From Gammaproteobacteria bacterium (GTDB lineage Bacteria; Pseudomonadota; Gammaproteobacteria; JABABF01): a DNA stretch of 64,000 bases. The stretch lies in contig OZ242171.1 of NCBI GenBank assembly GCA_965205525.1, positions 1,869,098-1,933,097 on the forward strand. The letters are read 5' to 3'. A model generated the notes under the pieces. The model worked only from the letters and a program-made list of their open reading frames with translations, made no database searches and was not told where the DNA came from. Shown piece after piece: positions 18,247 to 30,185 of this stretch; the stretch's first letter is position 1; the number at the start of each line of letters is the position of its first letter. Position numbers and translations under genes: made by a program.

Positions 18247-20052
18247 TTAGGAGGAGGGCTTAGCGGCGCTGCTCACTTGGCGCGTGATCAGCCACTGCTG
18301 CAATATGGACAGTACATTATTGACCAGCCAGTACAGCACCAGCCCGGCGGGAAAGAACAGGAAAAAGACAGTAAAGATAACTGGCATCCACTGCATGATG
18401 CGGGCCTGCATGGGGTCTGGCGGCTGGGGGCTCAGCTTCTGCTGAGCAAACATGGATACACCCATCAGAAGCGGCAGCACAAACCAGGGATCCATAGCGG
18501 ACAGGTCTCGGATCCAGCCGAAGAAAGGCGCATGACGCAGCTCCACGCTTTCCAGCAGCACCCAGTACAGAGCTAGGAATACGGGCATCTGGATCAGCAT
18601 GGGCAGGCAGCCGCCCATCGGATTGACTTTCTCTCGCCGGTACAGGCTCATCATCTCTTGGGACAATTTCTGCCGGTCCTGCGCGTACAGATCCTGCAGC
18701 GAGCGGACCTTCGGCTGCAGTACGCGCATCTTGGCCATGGAGCGGTAGCCGATGGCGGACAGCGGATAAAAGGCTGCCTTCACCAGCACGGTGAGCAGAA
18801 TAATTGCAGCGCCCCAGTTGCCGACCAGACCGTGCAGCCAGGACAGGAGGCGGAACAGCGGTTGCGACATCCACCACAGCCAGCCGTAATCTACGGTCAG
18901 CTCAAGACCGGGGGACAGGGCGGCCAGGTTCGGCTGATCTTTCGGGCCCAGGTACAGGGTGGCTTGGGTCAGACCGCTCTCCCCGGGGGCCAGGTGCAGG
19001 GGCGGGCTTACAAAATCTGCCAGGTGCAGACTGCTTGTGCGACCGGCGCGGATGCGGTAGTGATGGGTCTGCTCGGGTTCAGGCACCCAGGCGCTGAGAA
19101 AATAATGCTGCACTGCGGCCACCCAGCCGCCGGGCAGATGTGCATCAAAGGGCTTTTCCTGAAGATCCTCGAAGTCCATCTTCTCGTAGGGCTGCTCCGG
19201 AGTATGCACGGCAAAGCCGAGAAAAGAGGCAGAGCGAAAGGTTGCTCCCTCCGTATGCGGGTCAACGCTGCCGTCTCGGCGCAGCTGGCCGAACAGGCTG
19301 GCCTGCCAGGGCTCCCGGCTCCGGTTGTGCACGATGTATTCTATTTTTACCTGGTAGTCTCCGCGCCGCAGGCTGAGACGCTTGGTGATCTCAGTGCCGT
19401 TTTTATCGACAAAAAGCAGGTTCACCTGCATCTCTTCCGCATCCGGCGGCAGGGTATAGCGAGCCGCATGGCTCCAGTACAGGGGGCGGTCCTCCCGGCT
19501 GTCGGGACCGCTGGGGCCGATGAGACCGCTGCGGGCTACGAATTTTCTGCGGGAGTTGTTCTCAAGGAGAATAAAAGGCTGCTCGGGGGTTTTCAGGGAG
19601 ACGGGATAGGCCGGCAGGCCAGCGTAGAAAATGTCGCCGCCTCGCCGATTAACAGACAGCTGCAAGACATCGGTCTCAATGTGCACCAGCTCGCTTTCAT
19701 CTGCGGACGAGCTGGCGGGGGCTGCCTGCCCCTCCTCGGCGGATTCGGCGTAGGGCACCAGGCTGGGCAGGTCTTCCATGCTGTTTTGTCTTGCCGTTTC
19801 CCCTTGGCGATCCTCGTTCCCGCTGGTCAGCGCTGCTGCATCGCCGGGGCCATCCGGGCTGAGAGTTGGCAGCCCTGTATCGGGAGGCTCTTGTATCGCT
19901 GGACTGTCTATCGGAGCGGCGGCGAAGGTGCCGCTGGAAGTGGCGGCAGGAGGGCGCAGAGCCTGCTCTTCGCGGAACTTTACCCACTCCCCGAGAAGCA
20001 TCGCCCCCACCAGGGCGATGGAGACGAAAAGAAGTATGCGCTGCCAGTCCAT
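18247..20052 (-). CDS. yidC: membrane protein insertase YidC
   Basis: 601 aa, N-terminal TM segment MDWQRILLFVSIALVGAMLL and the conserved C-terminal 5-TM YidC core (PLFRLLSWLH, GCLPMLIQMPVFLALY). Confidence 0.9.
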   Translation of the reverse strand: MDWQRILLFVSIALVGAMLLGEWVKFREEQALRPPAATSSGTFAAAPIDSPAIQEPPDTGLPTLSPDGPGDAAALTSGNEDRQGETARQNSMEDLPSLVPYAESAEEGQAAPASSSADESELVHIETDVLQLSVNRRGGDIFYAGLPAYPVSLKTPEQPFILLENNSRRKFVARSGLIGPSGPDSREDRPLYWSHAARYTLPPDAEEMQVNLLFVDKNGTEITKRLSLRRGDYQVKIEYIVHNRSREPWQASLFGQLRRDGSVDPHTEGATFRSASFLGFAVHTPEQPYEKMDFEDLQEKPFDAHLPGGWVAAVQHYFLSAWVPEPEQTHHYRIRAGRTSSLHLADFVSPPLHLAPGESGLTQATLYLGPKDQPNLAALSPGLELTVDYGWLWWMSQPLFRLLSWLHGLVGNWGAAIILLTVLVKAAFYPLSAIGYRSMAKMRVLQPKVRSLQDLYAQDRQKLSQEMMSLYRREKVNPMGGCLPMLIQMPVFLALYWVLLESVELRHAPFFGWIRDLSAMDPWFVLPLLMGVSMFAQQKLSPQPPDPMQARIMQWMPVIFTVFFLFFPAGLVLYWLVNNVLSILQQWLITRQVSSAAKPSS

Positions 20053-20058
20053 GGCCGG

Positions 20059-20442
20059 TTATCCGGGCTGGCCGGGGGGCGCTTCAGCGCCAGGGCGCTC
20101 CGGCACCGGATCCACTCCGCCCGGATGCCAGGGATGACAGCGGAACAGGCGAAGCAGGGCGAGACGCATACCGGCCAGTGCGCCGTGCTGCCGCACCGCC
20201 TCTTCAGCGTAGGCGGAGCAGGTGGGATAAAAGCGACAGGAGGGGGCGGACAGGGAGCTGAGGAGAAGCTGGTACCCTCTAATCAGAAGCAGCAGAGTCC
20301 TCTGGACCGCTGTCGCGAAGGCTCCCTGGCGGGTGCCCAGCCTGCTTGGCGATGGCCCGCCATTGCCCGGCGAGAGCGGTGCGGATGTCTGCAGAGGAAG
20401 TTTCACAGGTGTTTTTGCGAGCCAGTACGACGATGTCCGCAT
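20059..20442 (-). CDS. yidD: membrane protein insertion efficiency factor YidD
   Basis: [61 protein letters not shown] matches YidD. Start is uncertain (ATG 20442 or GTG 20406). Overlaps the 3' end of rnpA, as is common. Confidence 0.7.
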   Translation of the reverse strand: MRTSSYWLAKTPVKLPLQTSAPLSPGNGGPSPSRLGTRQGAFATAVQRTLLLLIRGYQLLLSSLSAPSCRFYPTCSAYAEEAVRQHGALAGMRLALLRLFRCHPWHPGGVDPVPERPGAEAPPGQPG

Positions 20443-20704
20443 TGGGAAGCTGATGCTGATGAAGGCGGAAGGATTCTCGGATCAGGCGTTTTAGGCAATT
20501 GCGCTGCACGGCGCGCTGCGCTGCCCGGCGGCCGACCACCATGCCGAGGCGCGGATGATTGAGAGAGTTGGGCAGTCCCAGCAGCACCAGATGCTGGCCG
20601 TGGATACGGAGGGAGGCCCGTTGCAGAATTTTGCGAAATTCCCTTGTGCTCCGCAGGCGTCGCTGCTTTGGCAGGCCAAAGCCGGATATGTGCCAGTCGG
20701 ACAC
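20279..20704 (-). CDS. rnpA: ribonuclease P protein component
   Basis: [13 protein letters not shown]...[48 protein letters not shown] is the RnpA family signature. Starts 27 nt after the rpmH stop. Confidence 0.8.
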   Translation of the reverse strand: MSDWHISGFGLPKQRRLRSTREFRKILQRASLRIHGQHLVLLGLPNSLNHPRLGMVVGRRAAQRAVQRNCLKRLIRESFRLHQHQLPNADIVVLARKNTCETSSADIRTALAGQWRAIAKQAGHPPGSLRDSGPEDSAASD

Positions 20705-20731
20705 ACCGCTCGGAAGAAGGTGCCCGCCGCC

Positions 20732-20866
20732 TCAGGGGGCAAGCCTTTTGCGCCCTTTCTGCCGCCGCCGGCTGAGAATCTGACGACCGCTGCGGGTGGC
20801 CATCCGCGCCCGGAAGCCGTGGGTGCGCTTGCGCCGAATTACGCTCGGCTGATAGGTGCGTTTCAT
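20732..20866 (-). CDS. rpmH: 50S ribosomal protein L34
   Basis: The reverse strand encodes [44 protein letters not shown] (44 aa). Not in the ORF track because it is under 60 aa. Confidence 0.9.
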   Translation of the reverse strand: MKRTYQPSVIRRKRTHGFRARMATRSGRQILSRRRQKGRKRLAP

Positions 20867-21692
20867 GGTGTCGTTCTGCTAAAGCGGCTTTAGGGCAGCA
20901 GGCCATTGTAAGGCAGGATGGTGTAGGGGTCAAAAGGACGGGCGGCGGTAAAGCAGTGTTTTCCAATGCTGAAACGCTGTGGGCGAGCTTTGCCAGAAGG
21001 GGTGTGAGCGGTTTGTCTGCCGAGTTTTTTGCGGGGGGAAGGACGGGCGGCGGTGAAGCAGTGTTTTTCAATGCTGAAACGTTGGGGACGAGCTTTGCCA
21101 GAAGGGGTGTGAGCGATTTGTCTGCCGAGTTTTTTGCGGGGGGCTCGCCCCCCGTGGGTCCCCTGCCCTCGCCTGGCAGCACTTGCCAAGGGGGCGGCCC
21201 TCCCTGTGGTCTTCGACCACTGCTCTCCCTTGGCGGATCTTCCCAAATTCCGCTCTGACATCCCCTCCTGTGGAAAACCAAATCCGGCTATGAAGCTTTA
21301 ATTTCCTGTCTTAGAGAGGTGGAGCGCGATAGCCAAGATGCCGAATTTTGCTGTCTTTTGCACAACTTGTCCACACCTCATGATAAATTTTTTCCTTATG
21401 CTGCAAGGAGAAATGGACAATAGGCCCTATTTGCACAAATTTCACACATATATTTCAAACGCCTGTTAATAAATGGCCTTGCCTCCTTGCCTAGGGAGTA
21501 ATCCGGCACTAGGATTTTCTCTTGTTGAGGGGGCAAAAAAAATTCCTCTTGGCGCTGGTGAATTTTATCGTCATCTAAAGAGTACAAGGATACAGGGCAG
21601 CTCGTACGATGTTGCTAGGATCCGCTTCCCTTCTGGGTTGCGGGAAGCCCGGGAGTAGTGTTTTGGGCATCCGACAAAGAGGGGAATCGCCT
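20867..21692. promoter_or_regulatory. rpmH-dnaA intergenic region (dnaA/rpmH promoters; candidate oriC as in Pseudomonas-type gene order)
   Basis: 826 bp non-coding. DnaA-box-like TTGTCCACA (~21405) and TGTGGAAAA (~21263), an AT-richer block at 21410-21510, and the 105-bp tandem repeats. Confidence 0.4.
20936..21145. repeat. perfect-register tandem direct repeat, 2 x 105 bp (~93% identity), upstream of rpmH
   Basis: ggacgggcggcggtaaagcagtgttttccaatgctgaaacgctgtgggcgagctttgccagaaggggtgtgagcggtttgtctgccgagttttttgcgggggg repeats immediately with about 7 substitutions. Confidence 0.8.
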
Positions 21693-23288
21693 GTGAATCC
21701 AGAAATATGGCAAAGTTGCTTGCAGCATCTGAAAGGCAGCCTGAGTTCTTCTGAATTCAGTACTTGGATACATCCGCTGCTGGCTGAGACAGACCCATCG
21801 GGTCTGACTCTGTTCGCCCCCAACGCCATAATCCGGGACCGGGTCAGCAGCCATTATCACGCCTGCATAGAGGATGCCCTGCGCGCCTCTGGGGGCGACG
21901 GTTTCTTTATCCGGGTGGAGGTGGTGGGCGCGCCTGCTTTGGCGCCGCTGCCAGCCCGGTCGGCAGGGACTGCGGCTACAGGCATGAATGGCAGCTCCGC
22001 TGCTGTTTCGGAGGCTAAAGCCGCCCTCAAGGGAGTGAAAGCGAATGCTGTATCCGCTGAGGTACCTATTGGGAGAGACACCCCTCTCCGCATGAGCGGC
22101 GCATCCGCTGCAGTGCAGCGGAGCGGCACCGCCCCCCCTCTGGGGGCCGGGCGCACCGCTCCCGCCGGGATGAACGGCAGGCCGGCAAAGGCTCCGCTGA
22201 ACGGCTATGCCCCCGCTGCAAGAAGGGTGGGTGCAGCCTTGCCTCCTCGGCAGACGACCGAGAGGGCCTTAGCCCCCGAGTTCACATTTGAAAACTTTGT
22301 GCAGGGGCCTTCCAATCGCCAGGCATTTTCCTATGCGAAGCAGATTGCGAAAGCAGATTCGCGCATGAACAGCAGTCACAGCCCGCTGGTGATCTACGGC
22401 GGCGTCGGCCTCGGCAAGACACACCTGATGCATGCGGCGGGCAACGAGCTGCGCCGCAGCCAGCCGGACATGAATATCGTTTACTGCTGTGCGGAGGATT
22501 TTGTAAACAGCATGACGAATTCCCTGCGAATGAGCGGGATGCCCGAGTTCAAGCGTTACTATCGTTCGGCGCAGGTGCTGCTTATAGATGACATCCAGTT
22601 CTTTGCCGACAAGAAAACATCCCAGGAGGAGCTGCTTCATACCATTGATACACTGCAGCAGCGAGGCCAGAAGATCATCATCACCTGCGATCGGCAGCCG
22701 CAGGAAATGGAGGGCCTGCATGCGCGCCTGTGCTCCCGCTTCGGTCGCGGGCTGACCATCGTCATCGACCCGCCGGACCTTGAAACCCGCACTGCAATCC
22801 TGAAACACAAGGCCGCCGCCATGAAGCTGGAGCTGCCGGAGGACTGTGCGCTGTTCATCGCCCAGAAGCTGCGCTCCAATGTGCGCGAGCTGGAAGGCGC
22901 GCTGAATCGCGTTTCCGCAAGCGCAGGCTTTTATGAGCGCCCGATCAACTTGGGCCTTGTGCAGGAAGCGCTGGCAGACATGCTTGTCGCGCATAATCGC
23001 CAGGTGCGCATAAAGGACATCAAGATAAAAGTGGCGGAATATTTTAATATGCAGGTTTCTCTTCTCCATGCGCGCACCCGTGTTCGCAACGTAGTGCGTG
23101 CCCGCCAAGTGGCGATGGCCCTGGCCCGGGAGCTCACCAGTGAGAGTCTGCCGAGCATCGGTTATACCTTCGGCCGGCGCGACCACACGACGGTGATGCA
23201 TGCCTGCAAGAAGATCAAAGAACTGCGCTGCAAGAACCAGGAAATTGAGCGGGCCTACAGCACTCTGCACCGTCAGTTGACGACCTGA
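21693..23288 (+). CDS. dnaA: chromosomal replication initiator DnaA
   Basis: GTG at 21693 is preceded by AGAGGGG. N-terminus NPEIWQSCLQHLKGSLSSSEFSTWIHPL; AAA+ region GGVGLGKTHLMHAAGNEL...LLIDDIQFF; DNA-binding domain ...TSESLPSIGYTFGRRDHTTVMHACKKI. A long Ala/Gly/Pro-rich domain II linker is present. Confidence 0.9.
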   Translation: MNPEIWQSCLQHLKGSLSSSEFSTWIHPLLAETDPSGLTLFAPNAIIRDRVSSHYHACIEDALRASGGDGFFIRVEVVGAPALAPLPARSAGTAATGMNGSSAAVSEAKAALKGVKANAVSAEVPIGRDTPLRMSGASAAVQRSGTAPPLGAGRTAPAGMNGRPAKAPLNGYAPAARRVGAALPPRQTTERALAPEFTFENFVQGPSNRQAFSYAKQIAKADSRMNSSHSPLVIYGGVGLGKTHLMHAAGNELRRSQPDMNIVYCCAEDFVNSMTNSLRMSGMPEFKRYYRSAQVLLIDDIQFFADKKTSQEELLHTIDTLQQRGQKIIITCDRQPQEMEGLHARLCSRFGRGLTIVIDPPDLETRTAILKHKAAAMKLELPEDCALFIAQKLRSNVRELEGALNRVSASAGFYERPINLGLVQEALADMLVAHNRQVRIKDIKIKVAEYFNMQVSLLHARTRVRNVVRARQVAMALARELTSESLPSIGYTFGRRDHTTVMHACKKIKELRCKNQEIERAYSTLHRQLTT

Positions 23289-23844
23289 GTGTCTGCTCTC
23301 ATCAGCGGAAGCAGTGTGCCTGCTGTTTAAATTTAATGGATACTTTGCCTGTCCCTTGCATAAGCTTTGCATGCCGAATCATCGCCGCTGCAGGGCTGCG
23401 CAGCAGGTTTCGCGACACAATTTTTTTGCGCGGTTTTTTCCTGTCGGTGAGCTTTTTGTGAAAGATTTTTTCCGACTGAATCTTTCTGCACATGCTGCGG
23501 GTGCCGCCGCGCTAAAGACGGGACATCTGCGACACGGAGCTGCCCTTGGTCCGCTTCGCTTCCCGCCGCTCTCTCCGGTGCCAGAGGAAGCGCAATGCGG
23601 CGGCCAGAGGGCTCCGTGCCGATGAACCGCATAGGATCAATCCTGCATCAGGGGTGCAATGTGAGGGCTGAAGGCACTACAATACTGTCATCCGCTCCGC
23701 AGCTTGTCAGCAGAGTGCTATCGCTCTGGCGGAGACTCCCCTCCCGGAGCTTTTGCGGCGTAGCCCAACGCCTTGGGAGAGGCCTTTGAGAAGCCCCCTC
23801 GGTGCTGGGAAAGGAAGCAACCGATATATGAGAGACCTGTCGAA

Positions 23845-24984
23845 ATGAAACTGAAAATTACTCGCGAAACTCTGCTGAAACCATTGCAGACCACCGCCAA
23901 CATTGCCGCCAATCGTGTCAATGACAGCGGCCAGATTCGGGGCGGAGTGCTGCTGCGCCTGAAGGACGAGCATTTGCAGCTGACCGGCACCGGCAATCGC
24001 CTTCAGCTCCTTGGCGTGTCGGACCTCCCTGGAGTGAAGGGCAGCAGCGGAGAGATCGCCATGAGCGGCACGAAACTGCTAGATATATGCAATAAGCTGC
24101 CTAATGACAGCGAGTTAGCGATAGAAGCCGACAAAGAATGGGTTGTTCTCAAGTCCGGCCGGAGCCGTTTCAAGCTGGCTGTCTTCCAAGCTGCGGAATA
24201 TCCGGTCATCGCCGAGATGGAGGACGACTTGGAAACCTCCGTCAAACTGTCGGCAAAGGACCTTATTCGCCTGATTCGCAGAACGGTTTATGCCATGGCC
24301 ACGGAGCAGGATGTGCGGGATTACCTGCGCGGCGTCTTGCTGGAGGCCCGAGATGGCCAGCTGCGCTCCGTTGCCACAGATGGCCACAGGCTGGCCATGT
24401 GCTCCATGAAGGCCAGTGTTTCGGTGAAGGAGCCCCAGCAGGCCATAGTGCCCCGGGCCAGCGCTCAGGAGATGCTGTCCCGCCTGGACACCTTGGATGA
24501 CAAAGATGTGGAGGTGGAGCTGACCTTGGGGCAGAAATATATCCGCCTGGTCACCCCATCGCATCGCATTGTGTCTATGCTCGTAGATGCGAAATATCCC
24601 GACTACGAGCGTGTCATACCCCGGGACGGCAACAACGAAGCCGTCTTCTCCAGAAAGAATTTTGAGCAGATGCTGAGCCGAATCAATACTGTCCTTGTGG
24701 AAGAAGATGTTCCGGTGGTGCGCCTGGCCTTCTCTGAAAATATGCTGCGCATGCTGGCGCGCAACTATCAGAATGAGGAGGCGGAAGAGGATATGGAGGT
24801 GGAATATAAGGGGGAGTCGCTGGAAATAGGTTTTAATATCCGCTATATGCACGACCTTATGCATGCCTTTGGGCATGAGGAAGCAGTGCGGATCACCATG
24901 ACTGATGCCAACAGCAGCGCCCTGATTCAGAGTGCAGACAAGAATCCGGACACGCTGCATGTGATTATGCCGATGCGCTTTTGA
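23845..24984 (+). CDS. dnaN: DNA polymerase III beta sliding clamp
   Basis: MKLKITRETLLKPLQTTANI...; three-domain clamp length (379 aa); C-terminal MPMRF. Confidence 0.85.
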   Translation: MKLKITRETLLKPLQTTANIAANRVNDSGQIRGGVLLRLKDEHLQLTGTGNRLQLLGVSDLPGVKGSSGEIAMSGTKLLDICNKLPNDSELAIEADKEWVVLKSGRSRFKLAVFQAAEYPVIAEMEDDLETSVKLSAKDLIRLIRRTVYAMATEQDVRDYLRGVLLEARDGQLRSVATDGHRLAMCSMKASVSVKEPQQAIVPRASAQEMLSRLDTLDDKDVEVELTLGQKYIRLVTPSHRIVSMLVDAKYPDYERVIPRDGNNEAVFSRKNFEQMLSRINTVLVEEDVPVVRLAFSENMLRMLARNYQNEEAEEDMEVEYKGESLEIGFNIRYMHDLMHAFGHEEAVRITMTDANSSALIQSADKNPDTLHVIMPMRF

Positions 24985-25028
24985 ATGAGGTCTCGGAAAA
25001 CTCCCTTGGCAATTTCTGCACATCGGCG

Positions 25029-28687
<3,659 letters not shown>

Positions 28688-28880
28688 AGTCCAGGCCTGT
28701 CTTCCGCCGCCGGCTGAAGACCTGCCCGGCTGACTTGCAAGATACTCCCTGTGCGCAAAGAGCCGGGTGCTCAGCCCCGCGCCTGGGATTATGCGCGACA
28801 CATGACAGGGCTCTGTTTTGTGATGAGAAGGACGCGCCAAGGTCGGCTTCCGACACTCTGCCAGAGGGCCGCATAACCTT

Positions 28881-29684
28881 TCAAAGCGCTTTCGCCTTCG
28901 CTGCCGGCAGCTTCTCCATCTCTGCTCGCACCCACTCCTCTGCCCGCCGGTTGATTTCTTTTGCATCGCCCGCGTCCGGCGGTATCGGCTGTCCCAGGCT
29001 CACGGTAATTTCGCCCGGATATTTCAAAAAGCGATGGGCTGGCCAGCATTCTCCGGCATTGTGCGCGATAGGCACCGCCGGCACCTCTGCGGTCTGCGCC
29101 AGCATGGAGCCGCCGCGCGAAAATTTGCGCATCTGTCCCGGGGGTACGCGGGTGCCCTCTGGGAAGATAAGCACGCTGAAACCCTTCTTGATGCGGGCGG
29201 ATCCTCTTTCCAGTATCTGCTGAAGTGCCCGCTGGGAAGATCTCCGGTCAATCGGGATCTGCCTGGCCAGAAGCAGTCCCCAGCCAAAAATTGGAATCCA
29301 GAGCAGCTCTCTTTTTACCACCACTATCGTCGGCGGAGGCTTGAGGCAGCACAGGAACATCGTTTCCCAAGGGCTCTGGTGCCGGCTTAGAAATACGCAG
29401 GGACCCTCTGGCACATGCTCCGAGCCCAGTATGCGATAGCGTACCCCGCAACAGAAGCGCAGCCAGCGGATGACCAGCAAGTGCCAGAGAAAGATGTATT
29501 TGCAGCAGCGCCGAAAGCCGAGCAGCGGATAAAGCAGAGGCCCGGTGAGTCCAAACCAGATGGTGAGACTGACATAGCCGATATAAAAGATCAGCGAGCG
29601 CAAGCCGAGGAGCAGGGGAGAAGACAAGGGCGGATTTCTTGGAGCAGCGAAGAGCCTAATTTTAGACTGCTCCCCGGGCAGCAT
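28881..29684 (-). CDS. plsC: 1-acyl-sn-glycerol-3-phosphate acyltransferase family protein
   Basis: HQSPWE and FPEGTR acyltransferase motifs. Start placed at the internal Met (MLPGEQSKIRLF...). Confidence 0.7.
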   Translation of the reverse strand: MLPGEQSKIRLFAAPRNPPLSSPLLLGLRSLIFYIGYVSLTIWFGLTGPLLYPLLGFRRCCKYIFLWHLLVIRWLRFCCGVRYRILGSEHVPEGPCVFLSRHQSPWETMFLCCLKPPPTIVVVKRELLWIPIFGWGLLLARQIPIDRRSSQRALQQILERGSARIKKGFSVLIFPEGTRVPPGQMRKFSRGGSMLAQTAEVPAVPIAHNAGECWPAHRFLKYPGEITVSLGQPIPPDAGDAKEINRRAEEWVRAEMEKLPAAKAKAL

Positions 29685-30185
29685 GTTGACCGCGCTCCGG
29701 ATCTCACACCGACCGATGGTCGTGACCGCCAGGAAGCATCCGCTGCCATTCAAAGATGCGGGGCAGCGGCTGAACATAGCCGGTCACATCGGCAATGGCC
29801 AGACGCTTCGGGTCCAGCAGCTTTGCTTTGAGAAGAATATTCTGGCCTGACAGCTCTCCCAGGCGATAGACATAGGTGCCGCTGGCGGTCGGTGTCATAT
29901 TCGGCTATGTGTATATGCAGCTTTTCGGCATCTCAGGTGTGCCCCAGATTGCGGCCGCTCAAGGGGTTCAGGCGCGTCTACTGGGGCGGGGGCCAATGTG
30001 CTGGGAAGTATCGCAGTGAATTGAATAAAGCGAAAAGACTGCCCCATGCTGGTCTCCTGACTGTCGTCGCCGCTATAAGCGTGGCGCGGGGCCCAGCCGT
30101 CAGCAGAGGCAATATAATGCATTTAAGGGTGTGTCTGCAGTATCTGTCGGCATCTGCCCGTGCTCTTTGTCACCGGCGAGTGGGG

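Noticed and set aside
20403-21281. 292-aa minus ORF and 100-aa (20956..21258) and 123-aa (20890..21261) ORFs spanning the 105-bp tandem repeats and overlapping rnpA and rpmH.
   Set aside because: They run across rpmH and rnpA in wrong frames and through the intergenic repeat. The repeated peptide segments merely reflect the DNA repeat. No start or RBS context, and composition is unlike neighbouring genes.
29704-29898. 64-aa minus-strand ORF immediately upstream of plsC.
   Set aside because: No recognisable motif. It overlaps the probable plsC 5' region in another frame. It could be a small leader ORF but there is insufficient evidence.
29892-30185. 98-aa N-terminal extension of the FGE-like ORF; similar extensions at 21609..21692 (dnaA), 23773..23844 (dnaN) and 25991..26140 (gyrB).
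   Set aside because: The extensions lack signal peptide or conserved features. Canonical N-termini and Shine-Dalgarno sequences occur at the internal starts.
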